From the IMG/VR virus record IMGVR_UViG_2862799924_000001, positions 7,607-71,606 of that record: a DNA stretch of 64,000 nt; one strand, written 5' to 3'. Made by a program: the position numbers and the translations under genes. Shown here in pieces: positions 51,472-59,982 of the stretch. How positions within the stretch are numbered: the stretch's first letter is position 1; every line of letters starts with the position of its first letter. This stretch comes from a virus (lineage: Duplodnaviria; Caudoviricetes). Under the pieces are notes generated by a model, which was not told the DNA's origin, made no database searches, and saw nothing but the letters and a program-made list of their open reading frames with translations.

Positions 51472-52076
51472 GAGATGACCTCGACTTCCCGCGACTGGTC
51501 GATGTCGTACGTGCCGAAGTCGCCGCCCTTCTCGGGGCGCCACTCCCCCACGCCGACGCCCATTCCGCCCGCCGCGATCAGGGAGATCACGGATTCGCGG
51601 GTCAGCATCGACTTGACGTAGACGACGTCCAGTGCCGTGGTCCACTCCGGGAACTCGGGGCGGTAGCGCAGGTCGTGGCCGCCGCGCCCCACCGTCACGG
51701 TGTCTTCGCGCATGTGCGGGGTGCCGTCGATGCGGGTCATGCCGCGGCCGTCGTCGCCGACCTCGCCACGGAAGAACATGAACTGCCGCAACGCGGTCAT
51801 CGTCACGCCCTGGTAGAACCGGGCGCCGCCGATCGTCGCCGCCTTGAACGCGATAACCGGGAAGCCGTAGCCGCCGTCCTTCAGGTGGTAGAAGGCGGCC
51901 TCGTACTCGGCTTCCGGGTCCTTGCTCTGCTTCGGAGACTTGCGTCCCTGCATGTTGTCGAGCATCTGCCGCTTCGCCTTTTCACTGAAGCGGTGCACGA
52001 TCAGCGGCGACGTTCCCACAATGGGGATACGTATGGTTTCCGCGTCGATCTTTTCGAGCTGAATTTCAGCGGTCAT
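51468..52076 (-). CDS. standalone RAMP/Cas7-like protein (Vipr-like)
   Basis: IPIVGTSPLIVH first strand; GFPVIAFKAA; RYRPEFPEW; G-rich loop GGMGVGVGEWRPEKGGDFGTY. Confidence 0.75.
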   Translation of the reverse strand: MTAEIQLEKIDAETIRIPIVGTSPLIVHRFSEKAKRQMLDNMQGRKSPKQSKDPEAEYEAAFYHLKDGGYGFPVIAFKAATIGGARFYQGVTMTALRQFMFFRGEVGDDGRGMTRIDGTPHMREDTVTVGRGGHDLRYRPEFPEWTTALDVVYVKSMLTRESVISLIAAGGMGVGVGEWRPEKGGDFGTYDIDQSREVEVIS

Positions 52077-52101
52077 CTTCTCTTCCTTCACGGGTAGTTG
52101 T

Positions 52102-52735
52102 TTGCCTTGCCATGCCTGCCATGCCTTACCAGACCTTGCCGGGACGGGACTTGCCAGAGCGTGCCTGCCTTGCCGTAACCGGCCACGTCGGGACGTAACT
52201 TGCCCCGCCATGCCTGCCGCGCCGAACCGCAACGATCCGTGCCATGCCTAAACTCGCCTAGCCTGCCGCGCCTTTCCCTGCCTCGCCCGAACTCGCCGAA
52301 CCATGCCTGCCACGCCTCGCCAGAACTTGCCGGACCGGGACTTGCCAGAGCGCGCCTGCCTCGCCAAAGCCATTTCCCGCCCCGCCTTGCCTGCCATGCC
52401 CCAACTCACTGCGCCGTGCCGAAACCCGCCCAGCCTGCCGCGCCAAAACGCACGTCGCCCAGACGCGCCGCAACTCGCCTCGCCTGCCATGCCCTGCCGG
52501 GCCATTCCGGTCCATGCCCGGCCACGCCTGCCCTGCCGAGTCTTGCCACGCATTACCGAGCCGTGCCATTTCACGCCGCGACCTGACTGCCGAACAGCAC
52601 CCCGCCATGACGGGCCAATCCGCGCCCTGCCTGCCGTGCCGCGCCGAACCGAGCCTGGACAACCCTTGCCTGGCCCCGACTTGCCCAACCGCGCCTGCCT
52701 CGCCAAAACTGAACTCACCGCAACCAACTTGGGCC
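52102..52735 (-). ncRNA. 12-unit (NN-GGY)n array delimited by GGCAGGC, putative guide RNA array
   Basis: 13 delimiters from 52114 to 52693; inserts of 37, 42, 52 or 57 nt (one irregular 28 nt) in 5-nt register. Confidence 0.85.
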
Positions 52736-52747
52736 ACGTCACTTCAT

Positions 52748-54541
52748 CTACCGCCCCGGACACCCCCGCTCCATGTTCGGATCACCGGGCGCATACCAGT
52801 CGCAGAATTTGCAGTCGCTCGGATCGACGGGGAATTGGCGTGCCACTTCAAGCGGCGTGCGCTCTGTCGGGCCTGCTCCGATGTAGTCGTGGATACCGTT
52901 GTCGATCCTGTCCACCCGCGCCAGCGCATCGCGCGCTATCTGCGGGTCGTAGGGTTCGACGACCGCATACAGATCGTCCAGCGAAGACGACTCCATGGGC
53001 CACGACAGCAGCGCCACGAAGTCGACGCGCTCGCCTTGCAACCTCGCGCCGAATCCGTACACGTGCAGCTGTGTTCGCTGCGTCGGCGTCATGCCTTCCG
53101 TGCGCAGCTTGTTCTGTGACCACTTCCCCTGGATCTTGTGGTCATCGACCATGAACAGGACGCGGTCAAGGAGATCCGTCGTGCCGCGCGGTACGAGACC
53201 GCTGGGGAACTTCAGCGGCACCTCGACAGCGAAGCGTCCTGTGTTGCCGCTCGCCCACGTGAACACCTCGGCCAGCTCCTTGTGGATGGCCGTGCCCTTG
53301 AAGGAAGCCCAGCCGTCGCCGCCCGGATTGACCGGCGGTATCCGCAGCAGCGACATGGCAAGGCGCCTGTCGCAGGGGCTGCCGATCTCGGACGGCCCGA
53401 GCGTCGTCTGCGCCGATCGGTTGTCGTTCGTCTTCCGGTTGCCGAACGAGTAGAAGACCTCCCGCATCCTGGCGACCAGCCGTTCAGCCATCATCGTCAT
53501 CGGCACGGCAGGCTCTGCCGCGGGCGTCTTGGCCGGCTGCGAGAACGGCGAACCCGGCTGGGCGAAGAGCGGCTCAGCCGGTGCCGCAGCCGCAGGTTCC
53601 GTCCGGCTTGAGGCAGTCGGGGTGAGAGCCGCATCCGGCGGCGGCACAGGGGCCGGTGACCTTTCCGGGGCATCCGCAGGTGCCGGGGCTGCACTGTCCG
53701 CAGGCGTGGCGTCCGGGGTGGGGGCATCCTTCCGGGAAAGCCTCGTCACCGCCGCGACGCCCAGCTCTCTCTTGCTGGACGCTGCGGTCTTCCCCGGGCA
53801 CTGCGCCTGCCGCCTCTCGTACATCCACAGGTGCGGCCCGTGATCCTTCGTGATGTGGCACGGCTGCTCCTGCTGGCTCGATGCCCCGGCACCAGCACCA
53901 TCCGCAGAGCCCGCACCAGTTGGGTTCGTCGCAGGTGTTGAGGGGCTTGAAGGCGGCGCCTCGGCTGCGTCCGGCCGCGGCGGCGAGTCCTGCTGCGTAG
54001 TCGTCGACTCCGGGCAGGGCGGCGGCAGCTCCCTGTTCTCGATCGCTCTTGCGGCTGCCTCTGCCCATTTGCTGATCATCTCCTCGGACTCGTTGGGGGC
54101 CGCACTGTCGGCAGTCGGCCGGACATCCGTCGCACCGTCCAGGCGGGCAGTAGGCGCAGTCTGGTTCTGACCCGATGTAGGGGACTCCTTCACCGTCGGG
54201 CACGCGCTCTCTCCGCTCTCGTACGGCTTGCCGGACATGGGGCACTTCACGCGCTTCGACGTGGGTGTCTCGCCCTCGCGCATGTGATCGGTGAAGTACC
54301 CTGTCGCGCCGTCCAGTACGGGCGAGCCGGGGCAGGCGGGGCACGGCGCATAGTCACGGCCGATGACGGGCCGCTCGTCGTCGGGCCCCGTCTCGGGGCC
54401 GCGCCGGATCAGCCAGGCGGGGATGTCGCGCTTCGAGCGCGAGCACTCCGTCCCCTTCTCCCGGTCGTGCTTGCGGTAGTGGTTGTCCACCGTCGCGACC
54501 ACGTTCTTGTGGCAGGAGATGCAGTGATACCTATCGGCCAC
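52748..54541 (-). CDS. Cas4/RecB-like PD-(D/E)xK exonuclease with long N-terminal Zn and low-complexity region
   Basis: LGPSEIGSPCDRRL, GTAIH, GTTDL, DDHK, QLHVYG, CKFC...C. Confidence 0.85.
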   Translation of the reverse strand: MADRYHCISCHKNVVATVDNHYRKHDREKGTECSRSKRDIPAWLIRRGPETGPDDERPVIGRDYAPCPACPGSPVLDGATGYFTDHMREGETPTSKRVKCPMSGKPYESGESACPTVKESPTSGQNQTAPTARLDGATDVRPTADSAAPNESEEMISKWAEAAARAIENRELPPPCPESTTTQQDSPPRPDAAEAPPSSPSTPATNPTGAGSADGAGAGASSQQEQPCHITKDHGPHLWMYERRQAQCPGKTAASSKRELGVAAVTRLSRKDAPTPDATPADSAAPAPADAPERSPAPVPPPDAALTPTASSRTEPAAAAPAEPLFAQPGSPFSQPAKTPAAEPAVPMTMMAERLVARMREVFYSFGNRKTNDNRSAQTTLGPSEIGSPCDRRLAMSLLRIPPVNPGGDGWASFKGTAIHKELAEVFTWASGNTGRFAVEVPLKFPSGLVPRGTTDLLDRVLFMVDDHKIQGKWSQNKLRTEGMTPTQRTQLHVYGFGARLQGERVDFVALLSWPMESSSLDDLYAVVEPYDPQIARDALARVDRIDNGIHDYIGAGPTERTPLEVARQFPVDPSDCKFCDWYAPGDPNMERGCPGR

Positions 54542-54628
54542 GGCGGCGCTCCCTCTTGTGCCAGGCCCAGGCGAAGGCGCACAGGAACAGGAAGCAGCCC
54601 CCGTTCAGGCCGATGGTGATCTCCGGAA

Positions 54629-55033
54629 TCACGTTGCGTCTCCTCTCAGCCGTCGTGCAGGCGGGTTGAACAGGTAGTGGTGCGCCCGTATGAAGAAGTC
54701 GAGTTCGTCGCGGGCGTGGCCCAGCATCGAGTTGCAGGGGCGGCAGAGCAGCCCGCGCACCGCGCCGCTGGCGTGGTCGTGGTCGACGCTGAGACGGCGC
54801 GTCGCCCCGGTGGCGCGGCGGCAGATCGCACAGCGGCCGCCCTGAAGGCGGTACAGCTTGGCGTAGTCGCCCGCGGCGAGGCCGTACGTGTTCTGCACGG
54901 CCAGCTCGTGCGCCGCCTCCCTACGCCGCTTCTTCACCGCCCGGTGGCACGTCGCGCAGCGGGGGCCGGGGTAGGGAGCCGGACGCTTGCTGTCCTCCGG
55001 GCAGTCCTTGCAGCGTCTCTTCTTCGGCGGCAT
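54629..55033 (-). CDS. endonuclease VII-like resolvase
   Basis: QGGRCAIC, LSVDHDH, VRGLLCRPCNSMLG. Confidence 0.92.
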   Translation of the reverse strand: MPPKKRRCKDCPEDSKRPAPYPGPRCATCHRAVKKRRREAAHELAVQNTYGLAAGDYAKLYRLQGGRCAICRRATGATRRLSVDHDHASGAVRGLLCRPCNSMLGHARDELDFFIRAHHYLFNPPARRLRGDAT

Positions 55034-55199
55034 CGGCCTCCGCTTTCCATTGGGCTGCCTTCGCAGCGGGGTCCATGAAGCCGGGGCGGGGCGCTGAACA
55101 GATCACGCACCAGTCGCACTCGATGACCTTCGAGGGCACACCGATCGCGGAATTCCACAGGTGTTCGCCGTTGAACAGCGGGCCCCGGCACATGGCGTG

Positions 55200-56552
55200 T
55201 CAGGCCGCCATGGATTCCAGTGCGCAGCCGACCAGGTCGCGGGCCATGTTCACGGGCACCGCCTGTCCGGCGAGGCGGACGCGGTCGCGTTTGCTGAGGC
55301 GGCCGGCCAGCCAGTCGTAGCTGTCGGGGAAGTCCATGAACCGCGCGTACTCCGGGGGTGTGATCATGCGGAAGCCGCAGTCGTTGATGTCCGGCTGCGG
55401 GTTCGGCATCAGCGCCGCCCGGTCCACCGTGGTCACCGTCATGAACGGCTCGTCGGTGGTCCGCACCCGGGTCCGCCCGTAGTACGGGATGACCAGACCG
55501 TGGTGGTTGCCGCTCGCGCACACCGTGCTCAGGGGCTCCGAGACCCGCCGGGTCTTGCTGCTGCCGCCGCGCAGTTCCGCGATGAACGGCGGCACGACCA
55601 GCCCGGTCTCGTTGCGGCCGGTGACCGTGCGCATGGGCACTTCCACGGGGAACGGCCGCTTGCCGTCACGTCCTTCGACGGGCACCAGGGCCGGACCGTA
55701 CTCCCGCAGCCCGTGCTCGATACGGCTCATGGTCTTCGCCGCGAGCGGGGTCTTGCGCTCGCCGATCACCGGCGTCGGCAGTGACCAGTCGATGACGTCG
55801 CCCGCCGGGCGCACGTGCGGCTCCACCGGCGCCGCGCAGGTCCGGCACACGAAGTCGTACTGGCGCCGGTACTTGCCTGCGTCGCGGCCGTTCTTCCACG
55901 TCTGCCGCCCGGTCGTCGGACCGCAGGCGGCGCACAGTGCGGCGGGTGCGATCCACGCGTCGGTGTCCGGGCACGGCGTGCCCTTGGGGTGCATGAGGCA
56001 GAACCAGCGGTCGCGCCACTGGTGCGCCGGATCCCCGAGGCGCCCCGCGTGGGCCGCGTTGAGGAAGACCTCGTGCAGGCATTTCCCGCCGTCCGCCATG
56101 GCGATCTTCCAGGCGCGGAAGCCGACCCAGGTGCGGACTTCGACGACGTTCTCGACGATGATGAAGCGGTACTTGTGGATCTCGTCGAACCGCTGGACGT
56201 CCCACATCGTCGACCGCGCGCGCACCGCGCTCTCGTCCACGGCCATGAAGCGCGCACCCTGGGCGATGCTGTGAGCCGTGCACGACGGGGAGAACCACGC
56301 GCAGTCGGTGCGCGGGTAGCGCCGCGGGTCGACCTGCGAGATGTCCGCGCAGTCGTGATCCGTGTCCGGGTTGTTGGCCTGGTGCACGTCGACCGACGGG
56401 CGCCAGTGGTTGATCGCGACCCGGGTCTTCTGTCCGGGGATCAGGTGGATGCCGCGGGTCGAGCCGCCGCCCCCGCAGAAGCCGTCCAGCCATTCGACGG
56501 GCCCGAGTCTGACGAGCAGCTCGAAGAGCGCCATCCGTTGTGCAAGGTTCAC
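55200..56552 (-). CDS. C5-cytosine DNA methyltransferase
   Basis: DGFCGGGGS (I), FSPSCTAHS (IV), ENVVE (VI), QWRDR (VIII), AGQAVP (X). Confidence 0.92.
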   Translation of the reverse strand: MNLAQRMALFELLVRLGPVEWLDGFCGGGGSTRGIHLIPGQKTRVAINHWRPSVDVHQANNPDTDHDCADISQVDPRRYPRTDCAWFSPSCTAHSIAQGARFMAVDESAVRARSTMWDVQRFDEIHKYRFIIVENVVEVRTWVGFRAWKIAMADGGKCLHEVFLNAAHAGRLGDPAHQWRDRWFCLMHPKGTPCPDTDAWIAPAALCAACGPTTGRQTWKNGRDAGKYRRQYDFVCRTCAAPVEPHVRPAGDVIDWSLPTPVIGERKTPLAAKTMSRIEHGLREYGPALVPVEGRDGKRPFPVEVPMRTVTGRNETGLVVPPFIAELRGGSSKTRRVSEPLSTVCASGNHHGLVIPYYGRTRVRTTDEPFMTVTTVDRAALMPNPQPDINDCGFRMITPPEYARFMDFPDSYDWLAGRLSKRDRVRLAGQAVPVNMARDLVGCALESMAA

Positions 56553-56616
56553 TGCGCCCTCCCGGGCATGAAGAAACCCCGCGGCCGGTGCGGCGGCGGG
56601 GCTCAGGGCGAACGGA

Positions 56617-56940
56617 TCAGGTGGCGGGCTTCAGCGACTTGACCGGGGTCAGCGTCTCGAACTCCGCGTACACCGCCGGATATTTCGTGGCGAGAGACCC
56701 CTTGTCGAAGCCCTTGCGGTAGCTCACCTCCACGGCAAACAGCGGCTTCCCGTCGGCGTCGTGCGCCACACGGGAGGGCGGCTTGTCGTCGCCGGGGTCG
56801 TAGCCCAGCTCCTCAAGGATGCTGGCCGTCAGGCTCTTCGCGTATGCGTTCCACTTCGCCGCGGACTCCTTCGCGCTCTGAAGCTCCGCGAACCGCGCCG
56901 CGAGGCGGTCGTCCACGTCCACCGGGATGGGGTCGGTCAT
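56617..56940 (-). CDS. hypothetical protein
   Basis: MTDPIPVDVDD...FDKGSLATKYPAVYAEF. Confidence 0.65.
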   Translation of the reverse strand: MTDPIPVDVDDRLAARFAELQSAKESAAKWNAYAKSLTASILEELGYDPGDDKPPSRVAHDADGKPLFAVEVSYRKGFDKGSLATKYPAVYAEFETLTPVKSLKPAT

Positions 56941-57425
56941 GGCGGTCCTTCCGTTTCTGAGATAGCGATGTCCCGCCAGCAGCCCGCGCACAGGCGGGCC
57001 GGCGAGCGGAGCGGAGAAAGCGTGCGGCGCGGCACGCAGCGCAGCGGCGCCCCCGCCGTGCCGCACAGGGTGCAGCGGGAGATGTGCTGGCAGCCGTCCC
57101 GCAGGTGGGCGCGGTTCACCGCTCGGCACCGCCGTACTCCGCGTGCAGCGCGTGCGCTTCCGCCACGTCGCCGGGCGCCGGATCGGTCAGGCCGCGCACG
57201 AACGCGCGGTGGTCGACCTCGCGTTGCGACAGGGTACGAGCGGCCCGCAGGTACTCGGCCACGGTCACGGTGCACTCCTCGCAAGGAAGCGGCGTGCCGC
57301 CTGCGTCACCAGCGCGGCGCGCCGCGACGCTGTTCTGCCGCGCGCCCGGTCGGCGCTGCCGCTCCCGCTCTCCACGTCCCGCTTGCGGGTGGCCTTCTGC
57401 TTCGTCCGCTGGACGCGGCGGCGGG

Positions 57426-57799
57426 TCACGGGGTGACCTCGATCTCTCGCACCATCTGTCCGTAGCGGTCAGCGAGTTGCTCAGCCATGTCCGCTCCCGC
57501 GCGGTCATCGCGCTCGTCAGCCGCATCGAACGCCTCCGACGCAACGCCCTCGGCTTCGCGTAGGACCTCAGCGCGATAGGCGTCCAGCAGCTGGTCCGCG
57601 AGGGCGTCCGACGTGAAGTGCGCGGCCAGTTCGTCGCGGGCGCTCATCCCCGCACCCCCTTATCCAGGTCGATGAACGCGGGCACGGTGCTGTCCGGGTC
57701 GGCGTCGTGCAGGAGGTGCCGCATTTCGGCTGCCTCCCCTTCGCGGATCCGCCGCTGGAGTTCTTCCGTCGTGATGTCGAGGTCGGCGATGCTCGCCAT
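57426..57799 (-). CDS. two small hypothetical genes (57426-57647, 57644-57799)
   Basis: Coupled ORFs with RBS. Confidence 0.55.
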
Positions 57800-57896
57800 G
57801 GCGCGCCCCCTTCAGGGCGTTGATGCGGGTGAAGAGCGGCGCTCTCGGTGTGGCGCCTGTGGGTCCCCGGAGGGGACATGACCGGGTGCTTCGAAG

Positions 57897-57983
57897 TGCC
57901 CTCGCCCGGACTCGAACCGGGGTCACTGCGCGCGGGGAGTGGGAGAGGCGCGCGCAGGCTCTTCCTGACTGAGTTACGAGGGC
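57897..57983 (-). ncRNA. tRNA-like RNA with non-canonical anticodon arm
   Basis: Acceptor GCCCTCG/CGAGGGC-A; D arm; T arm CCCGG-TTCGAGT-CCGGG; 9-bp stem with a 14-nt loop CCTCTCCCACTCCC. Confidence 0.7.
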
Positions 57984-58111
57984 GGGGCGGGCGCCCCGGA
58001 GGCGGAGGAGTCGACATCTCCGGGGCGCCCTCATCCCGCGCCGCCACCCAAGGGCGCGGGGACCCCTGCCTGCACCCGCCGTCAACGGGAGTCACGCAGG
58101 CAGGGGAGCTT

Positions 58112-59145
58112 TCAGGTGCCGTATACGGCCACGGCGGCGGCGTAGGCCCAGGATTCGGCGAGCCACGCGGACTCCATGTACGCGGCCGTCGATGACTCCG
58201 CAGGCGTGTCCCACGCGGCCATGAACTCCCGCTCCGCCTGGTGCCGCTCCAGCTGCGCGGCCCGGAACTCCAGGACCACCTCAGGGGCGAACGAGACAGG
58301 CATGACGCTCCAGTGCAGCCTGGTCATGATGTGCATGAGCCGGTCCCTTCAGGAGTGGTGCGGGCAGTAGTCGAGGTCATCACCGGGGATGCGCCGCCAG
58401 CCCTCTTCAGCGGCAGCGCAGCGCAGCGCCTCGATGGACGGCACGTCCGGATCGCCGCCGATCTCGCTGTCACAGACCTCACCGTCATCGATGGCGTCGC
58501 ACGTCACGATGCGGATTACGAGGGCAGTCACGGCGCGTCCGTCCTTGGCATCGGGTTCGCCGCGATCACCTCACGGATCTTCTTGAGCGACGGGGCGTCG
58601 CGCCACTGCGCACTGTCGGGTGTCTTGGCCAGACTCGTGCGGACCCTGGCGCCGCGCGCCCCGGGACCGGGAAACCCCCACGTCATCTGGTACTCCCACC
58701 GCGCGCCCGGGAAGCGTGCCTCGGCAGGGTCGGCCAGGCGCCCGAGGCGCACATCCACATACGCGCCGCCCTCGACGCGCAGCGTCCAGGCGACGGCGGT
58801 CTTCCAGCCGTGCGCCGTGGTGTGTGCCAGCAGATCTGCGACCACCTTCGGCAGCTCGTAGCCGTCCGGCGGGTACGCGGCTAGCTTGCGCTCAGCGGCA
58901 GCGAGTTCGCCCTGAAGCCGCTGCGTCTCCACCCTCCACCGGTCGCGTTCGCGCTGGCAGACGTCGGCGTTCCACTCGGCCACGCGTAGACGCCGCAGAA
59001 TCTCCAGCGGTGACAGGTCCGCGTACTTCGCGAACGCCTTCGTCTCGTCCGCCGTCTGCGGGCGGTCGTAGAAGCGCACGTACGTGGACGTGCCGTCCGG
59101 ACTGATGACCATCTTGCCGCCGGATACCGGGTACTGCTCGCTCAT
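58112..59145 (-). CDS. three early hypothetical genes (58112-58336, 58349-58531, 58528-59145)
   Basis: ORFs with RBS or coupled junctions. Confidence 0.6.
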
Positions 59146-59266
59146 GACGCCCCCTTCCGGGGCAGAGATCGGGTTGAGGTGACAGGCGCCCTCGCCGGGA
59201 GAGGGTGACGAAGGCGCCTGCCGGGGCCCGCCCGGGTGGCGGGGGGATGCGTCCCGGGCGGGGGTC

Positions 59267-59812
59267 TCAGTTCTCGCAGGCCAACAGAGCGTCGTCCTCC
59301 GGAAGTTCACGGAGCGGCCAGGAAGCCACGAGCTTGACCGGGGTGTAGCCGTCGCAGCCGGGGCGGTCAGCGAAACGGCCTGCGCTGTGCGGCTCTTCCT
59401 GGAAGCCCTCGTAGACCTCCAGGACCCGGGCGTCGAGGTCGAGGAGATAGCCCCACTCGCAGAACAGTGAGCTGCCCGGCCAGTCGGGATCATGCTCCGC
59501 ATGGCCAGCCGCCAGGATTGCCGCAGGGTCGCCTTGCGTGCCGCGCAGCAGCTGGTACCAGCCGTCTCCGGCACCCCCGACGTCGGGGTCCTCCCACCTC
59601 TTGAGCAATACCTTCTGCTCCTCGGTCGGAGGCACGTCCGGGTCGATGTGCACGAGCGCTGCTGCCTGCTGCTTCGCGGCATCCCAGTCCGTCACTGACC
59701 GCGCGAAGTGCAGTACGTCCAGGCCCAGCCCGCTCGGGTAGCTGTCCCAGTGGTTGTACACGATGGTTTCGCGCCCTTCGGCGACGAACCCGATGAAGCC
59801 GCGTGTGCCCAT
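59267..59812 (-). CDS. phage early protein with YNHWDSYP motif
   Basis: MGTRGFIGF...YNHWDSYPSGLG...SLFCEWGYLLDLD...LEVY. Confidence 0.75.
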   Translation of the reverse strand: MGTRGFIGFVAEGRETIVYNHWDSYPSGLGLDVLHFARSVTDWDAAKQQAAALVHIDPDVPPTEEQKVLLKRWEDPDVGGAGDGWYQLLRGTQGDPAAILAAGHAEHDPDWPGSSLFCEWGYLLDLDARVLEVYEGFQEEPHSAGRFADRPGCDGYTPVKLVASWPLRELPEDDALLACEN

Positions 59813-59843
59813 GGCTATTCCTTCCGGGGCTCGGTTGCGGAAG

Positions 59844-59918
59844 TGCACCCGGCGGGATTCGAACCCGCACTGCTCAGGGCTTTTAAGGCCCCACCCTCTG
59901 CCGTTGGGGTACGGGTGC
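59844..59918 (-). tRNA. tRNA-Leu(TAA), short variable arm
   Basis: GCACCCG TA CCCCAACGGCAGAGGG T GGGGC CTTAAAA GCCCT GAGCAGT GCGGG TTCGAAT CCCGC CGGGTGC A; anticodon at 59885-59883. Confidence 0.85.
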
Positions 59919-59982
59919 GAGGAGCCCGCCCGGGAAGCGAGTCGATGGTGCGGGTCGCATGTCCCGGGCGGGGGTCAGGGGA

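Noticed and set aside
52016-52040. Self-target of array unit I in the RAMP gene (CG.AT.CC.AT in RIPI codons)
   Set aside because: Only 4 of 8 dinucleotides match; no full gapped self-match was found by eye for any unit, though the search was not exhaustive
52102-52735. Classical CRISPR array
   Set aside because: The constant part is only 7 nt, the inserts are themselves 5-nt periodic, and no cas1/cas2 or other cas genes are present
52200-53154. ORFs across the array (52200-52586, 52248-52763, 52258-52737, 52303-53154) and the 52232 extension of the RAMP ORF
   Set aside because: Low-complexity R/G/A/P translations caused by a GC-rich 5-nt repeat; the real start is ATG 52076 with an RBS
57897-57983. 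Functional tRNA-Trp(CCA)
   Set aside because: CCA lies in a 14-nt loop on a 9-bp stem, not a 7-nt anticodon loop
59844-59918. tRNA as an attB/attL prophage boundary
   Set aside because: Phage-type genes continue on both sides, no duplicated 3' end was seen, and no integrase is nearby
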